Shown piece after piece: positions 23,461-34,892 of a stretch of DNA of 64,000 nucleotides. The translations under genes and the position numbers were made by a program. Location: positions 372,001 through 436,000 of the forward strand of contig NW_027191466.1 of assembly GCF_011745625.1 (NCBI RefSeq), read 5' to 3'. This stretch comes from Cladosporium halotolerans (lineage: Eukaryota). The first letter of the stretch is position 1. Each line of letters starts with the position of its first letter. The notes below the pieces were generated by a model that was not told where the DNA came from, searched no databases, and saw nothing but the letters and a program-made list of their open reading frames with translations.

Positions 23461-26400
23461 TCACTTCCCCTCCCTCTTCCCCTCGCCCCCCTCCCCAACC
23501 TCCCCAACCAACAACCCCACACACGCCCCCAAAATCCCGCTCGCATCCCTGAGCAACTCCCACCTCGGCCGCGCAAAGCACTCCCGCAAAAGCACCAGCA
23601 GGCCCAAACACGCATTGCGCCCGCCCCGCAGCGCCTCCAGATCGTCCGGCGTCCGCACCCCGCCCACGCGCGTCAGGAAAGCCCGCATATCGGCTATCTG
23701 CGACGCGCGAGTCGGGAGATGGGGCACGGAAGACGGCGCCAGGGGCCCGTCGAGCGCGTAGCCGTAGGCCCAGACGATGAGGGCGGCGAAGTAGAGGACC
23801 CAGGGCCGGTTGAGGAGGTAGTCGTCGCGGGCGCTGTAGGGGAATTCTTGGCCTTCGGCTTCGGAGTGCTCCGCGGAGCCGGGGGGCAGCAGGACCTCGC
23901 GCAGGAAGCGGAAAGCGTAGAACACCGCGTCGCGGGCGCGGGCGGAGGGCGCCCAGGTGTCGCGCATGCGCTTGCGGACGGCGGCGCGGTCGGCGGGCGT
24001 GACGGCGCGGCCGAGGGCGCGCTCGGAGCCCGCGAAGACGGTGCAGTCGATCATGTCGACGTGCATGGCCATGTGGGCGAGGGAGTGCAGGCAGGTGCGG
24101 GACTCGAAGACGGAGTCCGGGGGTTCGGCGTGCGGGTGGGAGGAGGAGGCGGGGGGGCGGTCGGGGTCGGCGGGGTCGGGGTTGGGTTTGGAGGGGTTGG
24201 AGGGGCTGCTGGGGGGGTTTTGTTGCCAGTGGTCGGATTTGCTGAGGCTGTCGTCGAAGTCGCGGCGCCAGTGGTCGAAGGCGCGGGTGAGCGGGGAGCG
24301 CCACTTCATCGAGCTGCCGAGGGCGTTGTTGACGCCCAGGGAGGTGATTTGCAGGTCGCGCTGGTTCATGTGCCAGCTGACGTTGAGCAGGCCGGCCATG
24401 AGGATGACGCGGCCGAAGGTGTTGGTGCGGACCTTGATGCCGTTGAGCGTGCGGCGGAGGCCCTCGAGGAAGGGCATCGCGCGGAAGCCGTTGGCCGCGA
24501 GGCTGGCTTCGACGCGCTGGACTTCGCTGCCGCTGGTGGCGGCCCAGAGGGCTTCGTCGCAGGGGAGAGGGAGTTTGATGTCGTGCGGTGCCATGACGGC
24601 CGAGTGGCCGAAGAGCGTCGCGTGCGTGGAGTCGATGACGAAGGCGGCGAAGGCGGCGCGGCGGGTGGCTTCGGCGGTGATCCATCTGTTCCAGGTTGCG
24701 TCGGGCGTGTTGACACCGCTGGTGTTGATGCTGCCGTCTGGACCGGGCGGGGTGCGTGTGGGATCGTTGGAGTTGCCGGGAGATTCTATTGCACTTCTGC
24801 CGATGAGGGAAGAACCTCTCCTCATGACGATCAGGGTGGTGGCGTGATGGATGTGTGCTCGTTCGTGCAGGTTCCGTGTACTGTACATCTTTTCGAACAT
24901 CTCGAGCAGAAGCATCGTCTGGAATGTCCAAAGCTTTGCGGTAGGCCTGAACTCCACGTCTTTGAACACCTCCCAGCGAACATGATAAGCCAAGAAGGAA
25001 GACAACTCCGCGCACCTCTCCGTCAACTCCAGCGGGTACAGACGCTCGAGGCAGCTGGCGCCGAGACACATCATGGCGATGAGGAGCAGATCCGGGCAAG
25101 TTTCTGGGTTGAACGTAGGTCGATGTAGGATCGGCATCTGCTGGTGGACATGCGCCCAGAAACTCGCCAGGAAGGTACGCTGCATCTTCAAGCTCATCAC
25201 GTGTCTCGGGTCGTCGTAGCAGCCTTCCATGATAGCGTCCCTCGACCGGCGATCGGGCATTTGCTCCGAGTCGGTGAAGCGTTTGTTGATCAGTTCGATC
25301 AAGCGTAATCGCTTCTTTTCGCTGACCGCGCTCTCCTTCATGTTGATGTCGAGCGTGCCATTGGCTGTCGGCGAGCCGGGATACTCTGGCTTGATCGGCG
25401 GGATTTCGTACGAAGTGCCGTTCGGCTCAATCTTCGGCAACGGTACATTGTAGGTTTGCTGTGGTATTTGTACAGGTTCGGGGCCGGGCGGAGAGGGGAT
25501 GATCGGGTCAGGCGCCATGCCAGCTGTTCCCAAGAGAGACGCAAGAAAGTCGTCATTCAAGGCGAGCGGAGGCGAACGATTTAGGCCATACTCGTCGTTG
25601 AAGACAGGCAGGGTGTATGAATTGGCCGCAATGTCCATGACGCTGACGTTGAAGTCGGTAAAACTGTCACTGCGACCGTTCGATAGCCCGTTTTGGTCTG
25701 CCGTTCCCATGGAGGGCGCTGAGAGAACCATGCCTCGATCGCCATTTTGGACGCTGTAACTAGACTGAAAGCCGAAAGGCGGAAGTGGTGGTAAGGAATT
25801 GTAGGCGGTTGGTGATCGGTAATTCGTCGAGGTGGGAGTCTGGTATGCTTGAGGATAGGTTGATCCTAATGACTGTGGCGAGGGTATTGGCAATGGTTGC
25901 ATGGGCGTGAGAGGTTGCTGATATTGCTGATTTGAGTAATTGCCGGTGTTCGACGCGGGGCGAGAAGAATATGAACTGTCGTAGCTGAAGCGGCGTTCCG
26001 GTATTGTGGCAGGCGGCATCATCGACGAATCATAAGTCCCATTCATCGAAGGATAAGCAGTCTGACTATTCCCATTGGGAAGGTGCGAGTCGAGAGATCC
26101 TCTCGTCTCGATCTTGGGGGGAGCGGGATGAGGAACGCCATGTCCAGAGAAGTCGCTTGACGATGCTTGAGATGAGTGATGATGCAGTACAGGGGGTGCG
26201 TAATATTCCGGTTGCGTGGATTGGTGGTACGTATGTGCAGGCTCTACAGGTGATGCGCTGATGGTGTGTGTGCCGGTGGGCGAGGACGGGTCGGACATAT
26301 TGCCTTCATTGACATGATTTGTCTTGAAGGCATCCTTCCGCTGCAGATGCGAACCCTTGGCGGTATGTCGCTCCTTATGTCGGGCACAAAGGTCGGCACG

Positions 26401-26799
26401 GACAAAGTGTCGATGACAATCAGGGTGGTCACATCGATATATCTGTTTAGGGGTGTCTGCACAATCGTCAGTCAGGGTCGTGCTCTTGGCCAGGGTCGTG
26501 GAGATGTAAACTCAAAAAGCCACTTGACTCGGGAAGGTTCTACACATACGATTGAGTTGGTGTCGATATAGGTGCTCTGCGCGAGAGTATTTCTTGCCGC
26601 AGTCGGGCTCGGGGCACTCGTATTTCTTGTCGCTGGTCTGGACGAGGCGTCTCTTCTTCCGCGGCTTCGCGCCGTCCGCGTCCTCGACGTCGTTCTCCAC
26701 ATCGAGCTCGTGCTCGTCGACTTCCTGCTTCGCAAGCGGCTTATCTTCAGACGAATAGGTGCCCGACATGGATCGCTTGAGCTCGACGCCGCTCACCAT
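23461..26799 (-). CDS. Transcription factor with two C2H2 fingers and a fungal-specific TF (middle homology) domain, Klf1/Zas1-like architecture; intron 26457..26549
   Basis: Spliced N-terminus [64 protein letters not shown]. Fungal_trans-type motifs HQQMPILHRPTF, EATRRAAFAAFVID and LPLPCDEALW. Confidence 0.92.
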
Positions 26800-27413
26800 G
26801 GTCGCGGTATATTTGCTGGACTGCGAGAGGGAGAGTTGGGTGCGGTCGGCGAGAGGCAGGGCTGGGGCGCGGTGACAACGCTCGAGGCCCGGAGCCAGGA
26901 TAGCAGCATGCTCATTCGCAGGGTGCTGCGGGTGGGTCGGCGGGTTGCTGGCGGCGGCGAGGGAGTTGACGGGGTGCGGTTTGCGTGCGAGCACGTGGCG
27001 GGTCACGGACGGCGGTGCAATGAGATGTTGGGGGTGCAGGAGGAGGAAGAGGAGGTGGTGGTGGTGGTGGGCATGGCACGGCAGGACGCAGCTACGCAGC
27101 TCTGGCGTGTGGGCGTCGGCGTATGCGCCTGACAGGCAGCGGCCGGCTCGCCCGCACACACGCAATGGGGCTAGTGGCTAGCCCGGCCGCGGCAGGCGTC
27201 TGTGGCTCTGTGATGGGTGTCGGTGGGCATGGGATGGATGCATGGGCTGCATGGGTGCATGCACGACGATGCACGACGATGCACGAGGATGCGCCGGGCA
27301 GCCCGCCGTGCAGCTCTCTCCGCACTTTCCAGCGCTGCCTCCCAGACGCCCCAGACGGCCGGCCGTTCGCTCACGGGGCGGCAGCATCGCACCCGAGCGA
27401 AGCCAGCGCCCGC

Positions 27414-27507
27414 AGGGTCTGCCTGAGGGTCTGCCTGAGGGTCTGCCTGAGGGTCCGCCTGAGGGTCTGCGTGAGGGTCCGCCTGAGGGTCTGCCTGAGG
27501 GTCTGCC
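27414..27507. repeat. 12-bp minisatellite AGGGTCYGCSTG, about 7.8 copies
   Basis: Seven full units plus a partial unit, read directly. Confidence 0.95.
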
Positions 27508-29924
27508 GCCTGCCCATCCGCGGTCCGGGCCCTCAGCCTTGCATCCATGCGCGCCCGGCGGGGGGATCTGTGTGGAGGAGCATACTGGCATACTGCGATG
27601 CTCCTACTGCTGCAGGCAGACAGATGGCCGCAGACACCCAACAGACAGCCAAACAATGCTGCCCCGTCCACCAGCCGCCGCTGACCACCCTGCGCCTGGC
27701 CCGGCGGCGCTAGAGTCGCTTCGGCCTGCCCTGCCCTGCCCTGTCCTGCTTGCCCTGCCCTGCCCTGCCGTGCGTGGGTCCCACGCGGCCGCGATGGGCA
27801 GAGGCAGTCGATGGAGTGTGAGATGATGGCTGAGAATGGCTGAGCGCGCGCTGCCCCGGCTCATCAGACTGCGAGATGGCCCAGATTGCCTTCGTGTCTG
27901 ACTCTGCGGTGGTGTGCGCTGCGCAAGTCGCTGACGCCAGCACTCGTGGCCGCCTCGCCAATGATGGGCTGCAGGCTGATACAGCTCTCTTGGCCAGCGC
28001 CAGCCTGCGCCGGCCCCGGCCCTGCCTCCTGCTGCTGCATGAGCGGCGCCCGCAAGATTCCCACCGACACGGAACCGCGCGTGTCCCGGTGACTGTGCTG
28101 TGCGCTGCTCTGCTGCTCTGCTGCTCTGCCCGTCCGGCGCGGGAATGCGCGCTGCGGCAAGCCACCGCATGCACTCCTGCGCATCGCATCCAGCTACGCC
28201 GCGCCGCAGGACTCGGCCCAGGCCATTCCGAGGCGTCGCTGGTCCATTGTTGCTCGACTCGCAGGCTCGCAGCACACGGCCGCGCGACCACTGACTCGAG
28301 TGCGATGAACATCTCCGAGCTTGTGCGCACACCCCGCAGATCGCGCCGCGCCTGAGGCATGCTGTGGGCGTGTCGTTGGAGGACGAGTGTGACCAAGGAC
28401 GTCACCCAGCAACTCTGAACGTTTCGCAACCCGGTCTGCTGCCTCACGTGTCGGTGCAATTCTGAGCGTGCTGACGCGCACACATCGAACGAGGTGAGGA
28501 GAACGCAGCGATCTACACGCTACTGCGGCTACAGCGCTCGCAAACCCTCGAGTCTAACGCAAGCCGCAACTGCACATCAGGGCGCTGCCGGCAGGACCAC
28601 CCAACTCGTGCCGTGGCATCGTATCGCCCGCCCTCTGGGCTCCAATCCGCTACGTTACTACTAACCAGTGACGACTCCACCCCGGAGATCCTTCCAACTC
28701 CACCCAGATCGGAACCAATCCCCAGCCGCTGCGGGTGATCAGTCACTTTACCCCATGTGGGCCTGCTGCCGAGAGACCGACGCCTCAATGAAATGCTGCC
28801 TCCTGTATGGCCTCCTGCACATTCCATGAAGCCTGTCAGCCAGGTCATGCGGGACCTGGATTCGCGCGGCTCGCAATGCGCCCTTTTCCGGCCCGCCTTT
28901 TCTCCCCCCTCCCCGCCTGAACCACCGCCGCCCTTGCCTCACACTCAGGGCCCAGAGGATGCGAGCCCTGGACGTCAATCCAGGGTGCACGCCTGAATCA
29001 TGTCGTTCCTGCGTGGTGGAGCCCGTCGACTACTCCGCCGCCATCACACAGCACACCACAGCACAGCACACACCAGTCCTCGCTTCTGCATATCCCCAAT
29101 CGATCCGGGGCACGGTACCAAGCAGCGCGCTCGCCGCACGATCGCCCCTTCCTTCCGAAGTTCCCCTAAGCACTACTGTCGCTTAATTCCTCCGGTACTA
29201 CTCGAAACGGACACGGCAAGTCGACATTAGTCCGAGTCCTCGCTCGCTCGCTCGCAAGCAGATTAACCCGTTTCGCTTTAATCGCGAGCGAGCGAGGCCA
29301 GGCCAGGCCAGGCCCCCGGGAGCAGCGCAGCGCAGCATCGCGCCGCAGAACCACTCACTCCCGCGCCGTCGCTGTAGCGTGCCCGCGCTCCGTCCAAAAA
29401 AAACAAAAGAACCAACACCTTCCCTCCCTCCCGCCCTGCCTGCTCCCCAGCTCAGCCACGCCCACACCACTCACTCCCACCCAACCAACCAACCGGCCTC
29501 CCCGGCCGACGACGACGACGACGACGGCCGCAAGCCCGCCACGTTGCTGACATACGCCCTGCGCCCCCCTGCGCCCGCGGAGAAGGTAGCGGGTGCCCTC
29601 GCTTCGGCTTCAGCTTCAGCCGGCGCCCTGGTTGACTGGGGTGTTTGGTCACGCGGTCGCGGGCGGGGTGCAGGCTTGGGGGGGCGGTTTTTTTCTGGGA
29701 TGGGAGCCGGGGAGTTGGGATGGGGATGGGGATGTTTGGGGGCTTTTCCGGGCGTGGTGTCGGGTTGCTGGTTTTGGGGCTGGTAGCGAAACCGGTAAGG
29801 AGGGAGGGGTTGGGTGCTTGTCACCTTAGTTGGGTGGGGATTCTGGGGAAGGGGCTGGGTTTTGTTATTATTGGAGGATACAGGTATGCTGGGGTTTATT
29901 GTTTGGTGAGATTTGGTGAGTGTT

Positions 29925-30216
29925 TTGTTGTTTGGTTATCTGGTTTTGATTCAGGGTGTGCTTCTATCTCTGATCTGATCGTGTATTTGCGGAGCCTCGG
30001 TGATCGACGTGAGTGTCGGCTTCGACTGCTGCGCGTGTGGGGTGCGTTCTATGCTTCTTACGCCTTGTGAATGTTGTTTGTTCGTGAGGTTTCATGTATT
30101 TTTGTTTGATTGTCTGGTTCGAGTGTTCTTCTATCTCTGATCGTGAATCTTTGAAGCCTCATCGATCGAGGTGGATGCCAGTTTCGACTGCTGCACGTGT
30201 GGCGTGCCTTCTATGC
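29925..30216. repeat. Diverged direct duplication of about 120-130 bp (approx. 29925..30054 and 30100..30216)
   Basis: Shared blocks in the same order: CTTCTATCTCTGATC, AGCCTC, GATCGA, TTCGACTGCTGC.CGTGTGG and TTCTATGC. Confidence 0.75.
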
Positions 30217-30370
30217 GTCCAAGTGTCTGACTTCTTCCGTTCGCTCTGCGCACGCGCAAACCGGCAAATTTCCATGTATCTTGTCTATCCCCGGCGCCTT
30301 CGCAAAAGCAGCAACGCTTTCATCGACCTACACGATTCAAAACTTCTCCACCATCGCTCAAAGTCCCCCC

Positions 30371-31256
30371 TCACTTCGTCTCCCCATTCTCCCCCTTCAC
30401 CCCATAATACTGATCCTGCAACTCCCTCTTCCCCCCCTCCACATCCCCCATCCAACTCGCCTCAACCCCCTTCTCCCTCCAAAACTCCTCCCTCTCCCTC
30501 AACACATCCTCCGCCCACTCCTTAACCTCCGGCAACACAACCCTCGCCGCCACGCGCGAAAACTCCCCCAAATCCAGCCTCCCCGCAGCCTCCCGCTCAT
30601 ACTCCACCATCTGCAGCAGCAGCTCCATCTTATCCACGTCGTGAACAAAATGCGCCTCCTCCGTCTCATCCAGCTCGTACTCCCACCACACCTTCAGCAT
30701 CTCCTCGCCCGCCTTCCCACCCCCAACCCTCCCGAGCAACTCCTTCGTCAGCAAGTCCATCGTCTCCGCCTCCCGCCGGCTCTTCTCGCTCTTCGCCACG
30801 TTGTCCATCGGCGTGATGTCGCCCACCAGCGCCTCCGCCATGTCGTGCACGAGCGCCATGCGCGTGCAGCGCGCGATGTCCAGGCGCGCGGCCAGCGCCG
30901 GCGGGCAGAGCAGGGTTATGATGCTCATGCGGTACATGTGGTCTGCGATCGACTCGCCGTGGTTGAGGCCGAAGCGGCGCCAGCCTTCGCGCTTGGTCGT
31001 TTTGAGGCGCGACAGAAGGTGGAAGAAGGGGATCGGGGTCGTGGGTTGGGGGTCTGTGGGCGGTGGGTGGGGGAGGGTGCGGAGGACTGGGAGAGTTGTC
31101 AGTTTTTGGGCAGAGGCTGGCGCGCCTTTGGGGGTGGGTGACATGGGGCGTACCGGTTTGCGGGGTCCAGTGTTCTTTCGTGGCGGTGTTGGGCGTGAGC
31201 ATGCCGGAGGTGGGGGCCGCGGGGGCGTTGGTTTCGGGGGCTTCTTCGAGCGTCAT
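30371..31256 (-). CDS. HD-domain 5'-deoxynucleotidase (HDDC2/YGK1-like); intron 31087..31153
   Basis: Motifs LKTTKREGW, ESIADHMYRM, MALVHDMAEALVGDITP and VHDVDKMELLLQMVEYE. Canonical intron GTACGC..CTGAC..CAG. Confidence 0.92.
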
Positions 31257-31869
31257 GGTTCTTGTGTGGCTATTGGGTCTTGTTGGTGGTGCTGTTCTTG
31301 GTTCTGTACGGTGGTGTCTGGCGGCTTGGGCTGCGTTGGGGTGATGGGTTTGGTTGTTAAGAGTGGTTGACTCAGAGTGTGCGCCGTGGGTGTGAAGTGT
31401 TTGTGCAATATGACACCCAGAGGACAATGCAAATAGAATAGGCAGCAGCCAAGTGTATCGGTAGGCAGTGAAGTACGTCCACGCGTGTAAACAGAAACAA
31501 AACTCAAACGCGCTCGCCTTATCTGCTTTCACTTTTACTGGCAGGGTTGAGAAGTGGCGGCGGGACGGCGGGGACCGCAAAGCAACGGAAGCCCTAACTC
31601 GCCCTGCCGATCCCTCGGCTTCTGCTGTTTGGCCCATTTTGGGCTTTATTTACTCCCGCTTATAACGTTACCGCCTCCACCTCCACGTAGCGCAGCACGC
31701 CCGCATGCCGATGCAGGAACACAGAGTTTCTGCTAAGCACTGCTGAAAATAACAGAGGAACACCATACACCACCTCAGTCCGAAACATGAAGATCTGATC
31801 ACGCAGGGCTTCATCCACCACCCACACCGCCCTGCGAAAACAACCACACCACCACCCACAACAGCAACC

Positions 31870-34428
31870 ATGGACCGCCCACCCTCCGCCTCCAACACCA
31901 CAACCACAACCACAACCACAGCAGCCTCCACGCCCACCCACAAACGCACAAAATCCACCCCCCGCACCGGCACCGCGCCCGGCTCCCCCGCCCTCCAAAC
32001 CCTCTACCTCACCAACCTCCGCCTCCTCGACCTCGACCTCCTCCCCGACTGGCCCTCCATAACCCCCACAACCCTCTCCGCAACCGACTCCCGCGCCCGC
32101 ATCAAAGCCGCCGAATGGTCGCTCTACCAGCTCTTCCGCCTGCACGACCCCGCGCTCGCAGCCGACAAACTGCAGCCCTTCTTCCCGCCGCTCGAGCCGC
32201 TGCAGAGCATCAACCTGCGCGCGGCGCTGTACCGGTGTCTGGACGGGCTGAAGAAGAATGGCGTTCTGGGGCGCGAGGCGGTGCTGCGCAAGACGATGCT
32301 GGACGAGTGCGCGGGGGACAAGTTCTGGGAGGCGTGCGTGGCGTTCTCGGCGGTCGTGCTGAGGCAGCGGGTGCTGGCGCGGAGGGGGAGGAGCGGGTAT
32401 GAGGGGGCGCTGGGGGTGAGGTTGGGGCTTGCGCAGGGGCTGGGGAGGACGGAGAGGGAGGTGTTGGCGCCGCTTGTGCTGGCGCATAGGGTGGGGTTGG
32501 GCGGGAGATTGGCGGAGAGGAGGAAGTTGGGGGAGGAGTTTGCGCAGTTGGAGGGGTTGTTGAGGGGGAAGGAGGAGGAGTTGGGGGAGAGGAGGGATGT
32601 GCTGAGGCGGGCGGAGGGTGAAGAGGTGGAGAGGAGGTTGGGGGATTTGAGGCCGCTTGAGGATGCGCTGCGGAAGGGGTGGGTTGGGGATGATGGGGTG
32701 AGGGAGGCTGTATTGTTTGGGGGTGATGCTGCGAGTGGGGATAGGGTGTTGATTGATTCTACGGAATCGCTGTTCGATCGCGATTCTGCAACGGGAGTAT
32801 CTGCTCGGAAAGACGTTGGTCTGGTTGAGGACATCGAGGTCAAGGCGAGAGGACAGAGCTTGCGGATGAAGCGGTGGCAGGCTCTTTATGACAAGATCCA
32901 GGCTGCTAAACCGAAGCCGTCGCCGGAGGATGAAGCCAGAGCTAGAGGTGGCTCAGTGACGATCCGTTTCGACAAGCATTCTGATCTCACACTGGCAGAT
33001 GCTCAGCAACAACGTGGCAGCACCTCTCCGACCAAGTCTTCTCACTCTCGAGCTGCATCAGCGCATGTGGTAGGCTACGACAATATCCTCTCGGCGATGC
33101 GAGAAGAGCTTAGGCGGGCGCAGAATGCAAGACGCAACGGGAACGCAAGCCCTAAAGACGCACGACACAACCGCTCGATGTCGGATGCCATAACTGGCGC
33201 TCGTCGGTCTTCCTCATTTCAATCAGCACATTCTCGCCAGCACTCGCATTCGCCTTCTCAAAGTCCGGCGCCTTTCAGACCAGGGATGGGACGGCGTGTT
33301 TCGTCACGGTCTCGCTCGTACCACCAACCAAAGGTCATCTCACAACGTGGTCCAATCCCTCTCAAGACTGAACTCTTTTCACCGCTCAAGACGGCGAGAC
33401 CTGGCAATGAGAGCCCTAACTCAGCTTATTCCGCTTCCACTTCTCGGCCGCCATCTGCGCTACCAACACCTCACGAGGAAGGCGATGAGTCCTTCAGCAG
33501 CATTGAAGGCGCTTTAGATGACTCTGGTCGGCAGACCAATAGCCGGGGTGGCAGAAGTTTCCGAGGTAACTCGATCCTGCCATCACCGCAAGAAGCACAG
33601 TTCGAGTCTCCAACTAGCATCGATGCGGCACTGGGAAACTCCGTCCGCCACGAGAGAAGTCAGATGGACGGTGCAACGTCCGTCAACAGCGGCCTTGGTT
33701 TCGCACTACCCGAAAGGTCGGCCTCTTCAGTGGTTCTCGACCCGCCAAAGCAAGACTCCACGTATGACGACTCGGAGATCACCAAACCCTCTCTCCCACC
33801 AATTCAGCACACCCACCGCCCCTCCCTCGCCGACCGCACCCGCTCCTCCATGGCCTTCACCAGCAGCGAAAACACCCGCAACCTCATCCCCACAACAAAC
33901 TCACCAAACGACCCGCCCTCCCCAGCCATCACAACATCTAACTTCCCCCTCCCGCCCTCAAACATCACCCGCACGCCCCTCCCCACTTCTCCCGACAGCC
34001 ACCAGCAACCCCTCACCCTCGCCGACCGCACCCTCCAATCGATCTCCGCTTCCAACACCCAATCCCCATCTCCAGCCGGAACCCCCCGCCGCAACCCCTC
34101 CAAACACACCCGCTCCCGCACCTCCCTACACACGCCAACGCTCACAACGCCCCGCGTCCGCCGCTCGAGCGTCGGCAGCTTGTCGCCCAGCCGCGAGGAG
34201 GAAGACGGCAGGGGAACCGGAAAGCGCGCCATCACGCCGCGCGAGCAGCTGTTCGAGGCCAGCGCGGAGTACGACTCGGTTTTCAAGAGCCGGCCGCGCG
34301 TCGCGCACAGTCCGGTCATGAGTCCCAGTTTACTGGAGGGGGGCGAGGAGGAGATGAGTATGATTGGGGCGTTGAGGGGGTTGGACGATGATGAAGGGGA
34401 GTTGGGGAGTTCGCCGTTGAGGAGGTAG
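31870..34428 (+). CDS. Augmin/HAUS subunit 6-like protein (HAUS6 N-terminal domain + disordered tail)
   Basis: N-terminal LTNLRLLDLDLLPDWP..KLQPFFPPLEPLQSINLRAALYRCLDGLKKNGVLGRE..RKTMLDEC resembles fungal HAUS6_N proteins as I recall them. Confidence 0.82.
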   Translation: MDRPPSASNTTTTTTTTAASTPTHKRTKSTPRTGTAPGSPALQTLYLTNLRLLDLDLLPDWPSITPTTLSATDSRARIKAAEWSLYQLFRLHDPALAADKLQPFFPPLEPLQSINLRAALYRCLDGLKKNGVLGREAVLRKTMLDECAGDKFWEACVAFSAVVLRQRVLARRGRSGYEGALGVRLGLAQGLGRTEREVLAPLVLAHRVGLGGRLAERRKLGEEFAQLEGLLRGKEEELGERRDVLRRAEGEEVERRLGDLRPLEDALRKGWVGDDGVREAVLFGGDAASGDRVLIDSTESLFDRDSATGVSARKDVGLVEDIEVKARGQSLRMKRWQALYDKIQAAKPKPSPEDEARARGGSVTIRFDKHSDLTLADAQQQRGSTSPTKSSHSRAASAHVVGYDNILSAMREELRRAQNARRNGNASPKDARHNRSMSDAITGARRSSSFQSAHSRQHSHSPSQSPAPFRPGMGRRVSSRSRSYHQPKVISQRGPIPLKTELFSPLKTARPGNESPNSAYSASTSRPPSALPTPHEEGDESFSSIEGALDDSGRQTNSRGGRSFRGNSILPSPQEAQFESPTSIDAALGNSVRHERSQMDGATSVNSGLGFALPERSASSVVLDPPKQDSTYDDSEITKPSLPPIQHTHRPSLADRTRSSMAFTSSENTRNLIPTTNSPNDPPSPAITTSNFPLPPSNITRTPLPTSPDSHQQPLTLADRTLQSISASNTQSPSPAGTPRRNPSKHTRSRTSLHTPTLTTPRVRRSSVGSLSPSREEEDGRGTGKRAITPREQLFEASAEYDSVFKSRPRVAHSPVMSPSLLEGGEEEMSMIGALRGLDDDEGELGSSPLRR

Positions 34429-34892
34429 GAGGAGAAGGCTGGTGTTATGGGAGAGAGATTGATGATGATTAATTAGCGTGGTAATTTGATACTGCCTGTT
34501 AGCCTGAGACTCAGACCTTTGACGCTGATGGTATTTCGCAATCATGACTATATGTCTTTTTCTTTTCTTGAGACTAGGCTATGTTTCGCTTCCACGCTGC
34601 TTACCAGACGATCAAGCGAGCAAGTAGAGCCCCAGGAATGATGCAGGTTATAATCGTTCCACTCAATGTATTGCTGTAGATGCCGAGCTTGTTGATCAAA
34701 GTCTTCGCTTCGCATTTCAGTGGACTTGCAGAAACGGACTCCGCATGATTTCAATTCGCTTGATTTGCTCCAACGTCGGCGCATAGTAGTGCCCTATTCC
34801 CAGTGCAGCCCTTCCTGTAACGCCATCGCTAACAACATGAGCCCCCAGACTCTTGGTCTCATACTCATACCCAAAGCAAAAGTCACATCACT

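Noticed and set aside
23051..25128. Long overlapping and antisense ORFs (682, 469, 296 aa); similar ones over MSS116, kinesin and VMA6
   Set aside because: Shadow frames produced by high GC3 codon bias; low-complexity Arg/Pro/Gly products.
27414..27507. Repeat array as a CRISPR
   Set aside because: Head-to-tail 12-bp units with no spacers, eukaryotic context, no cas genes.
29299..29327. CCAGG..GGGAGCAGC resembling SRP RNA helix 8
   Set aside because: Spacing is 8 nt rather than 10, there is no GNRA loop, and it derives from a (GGCCA)n microsatellite.
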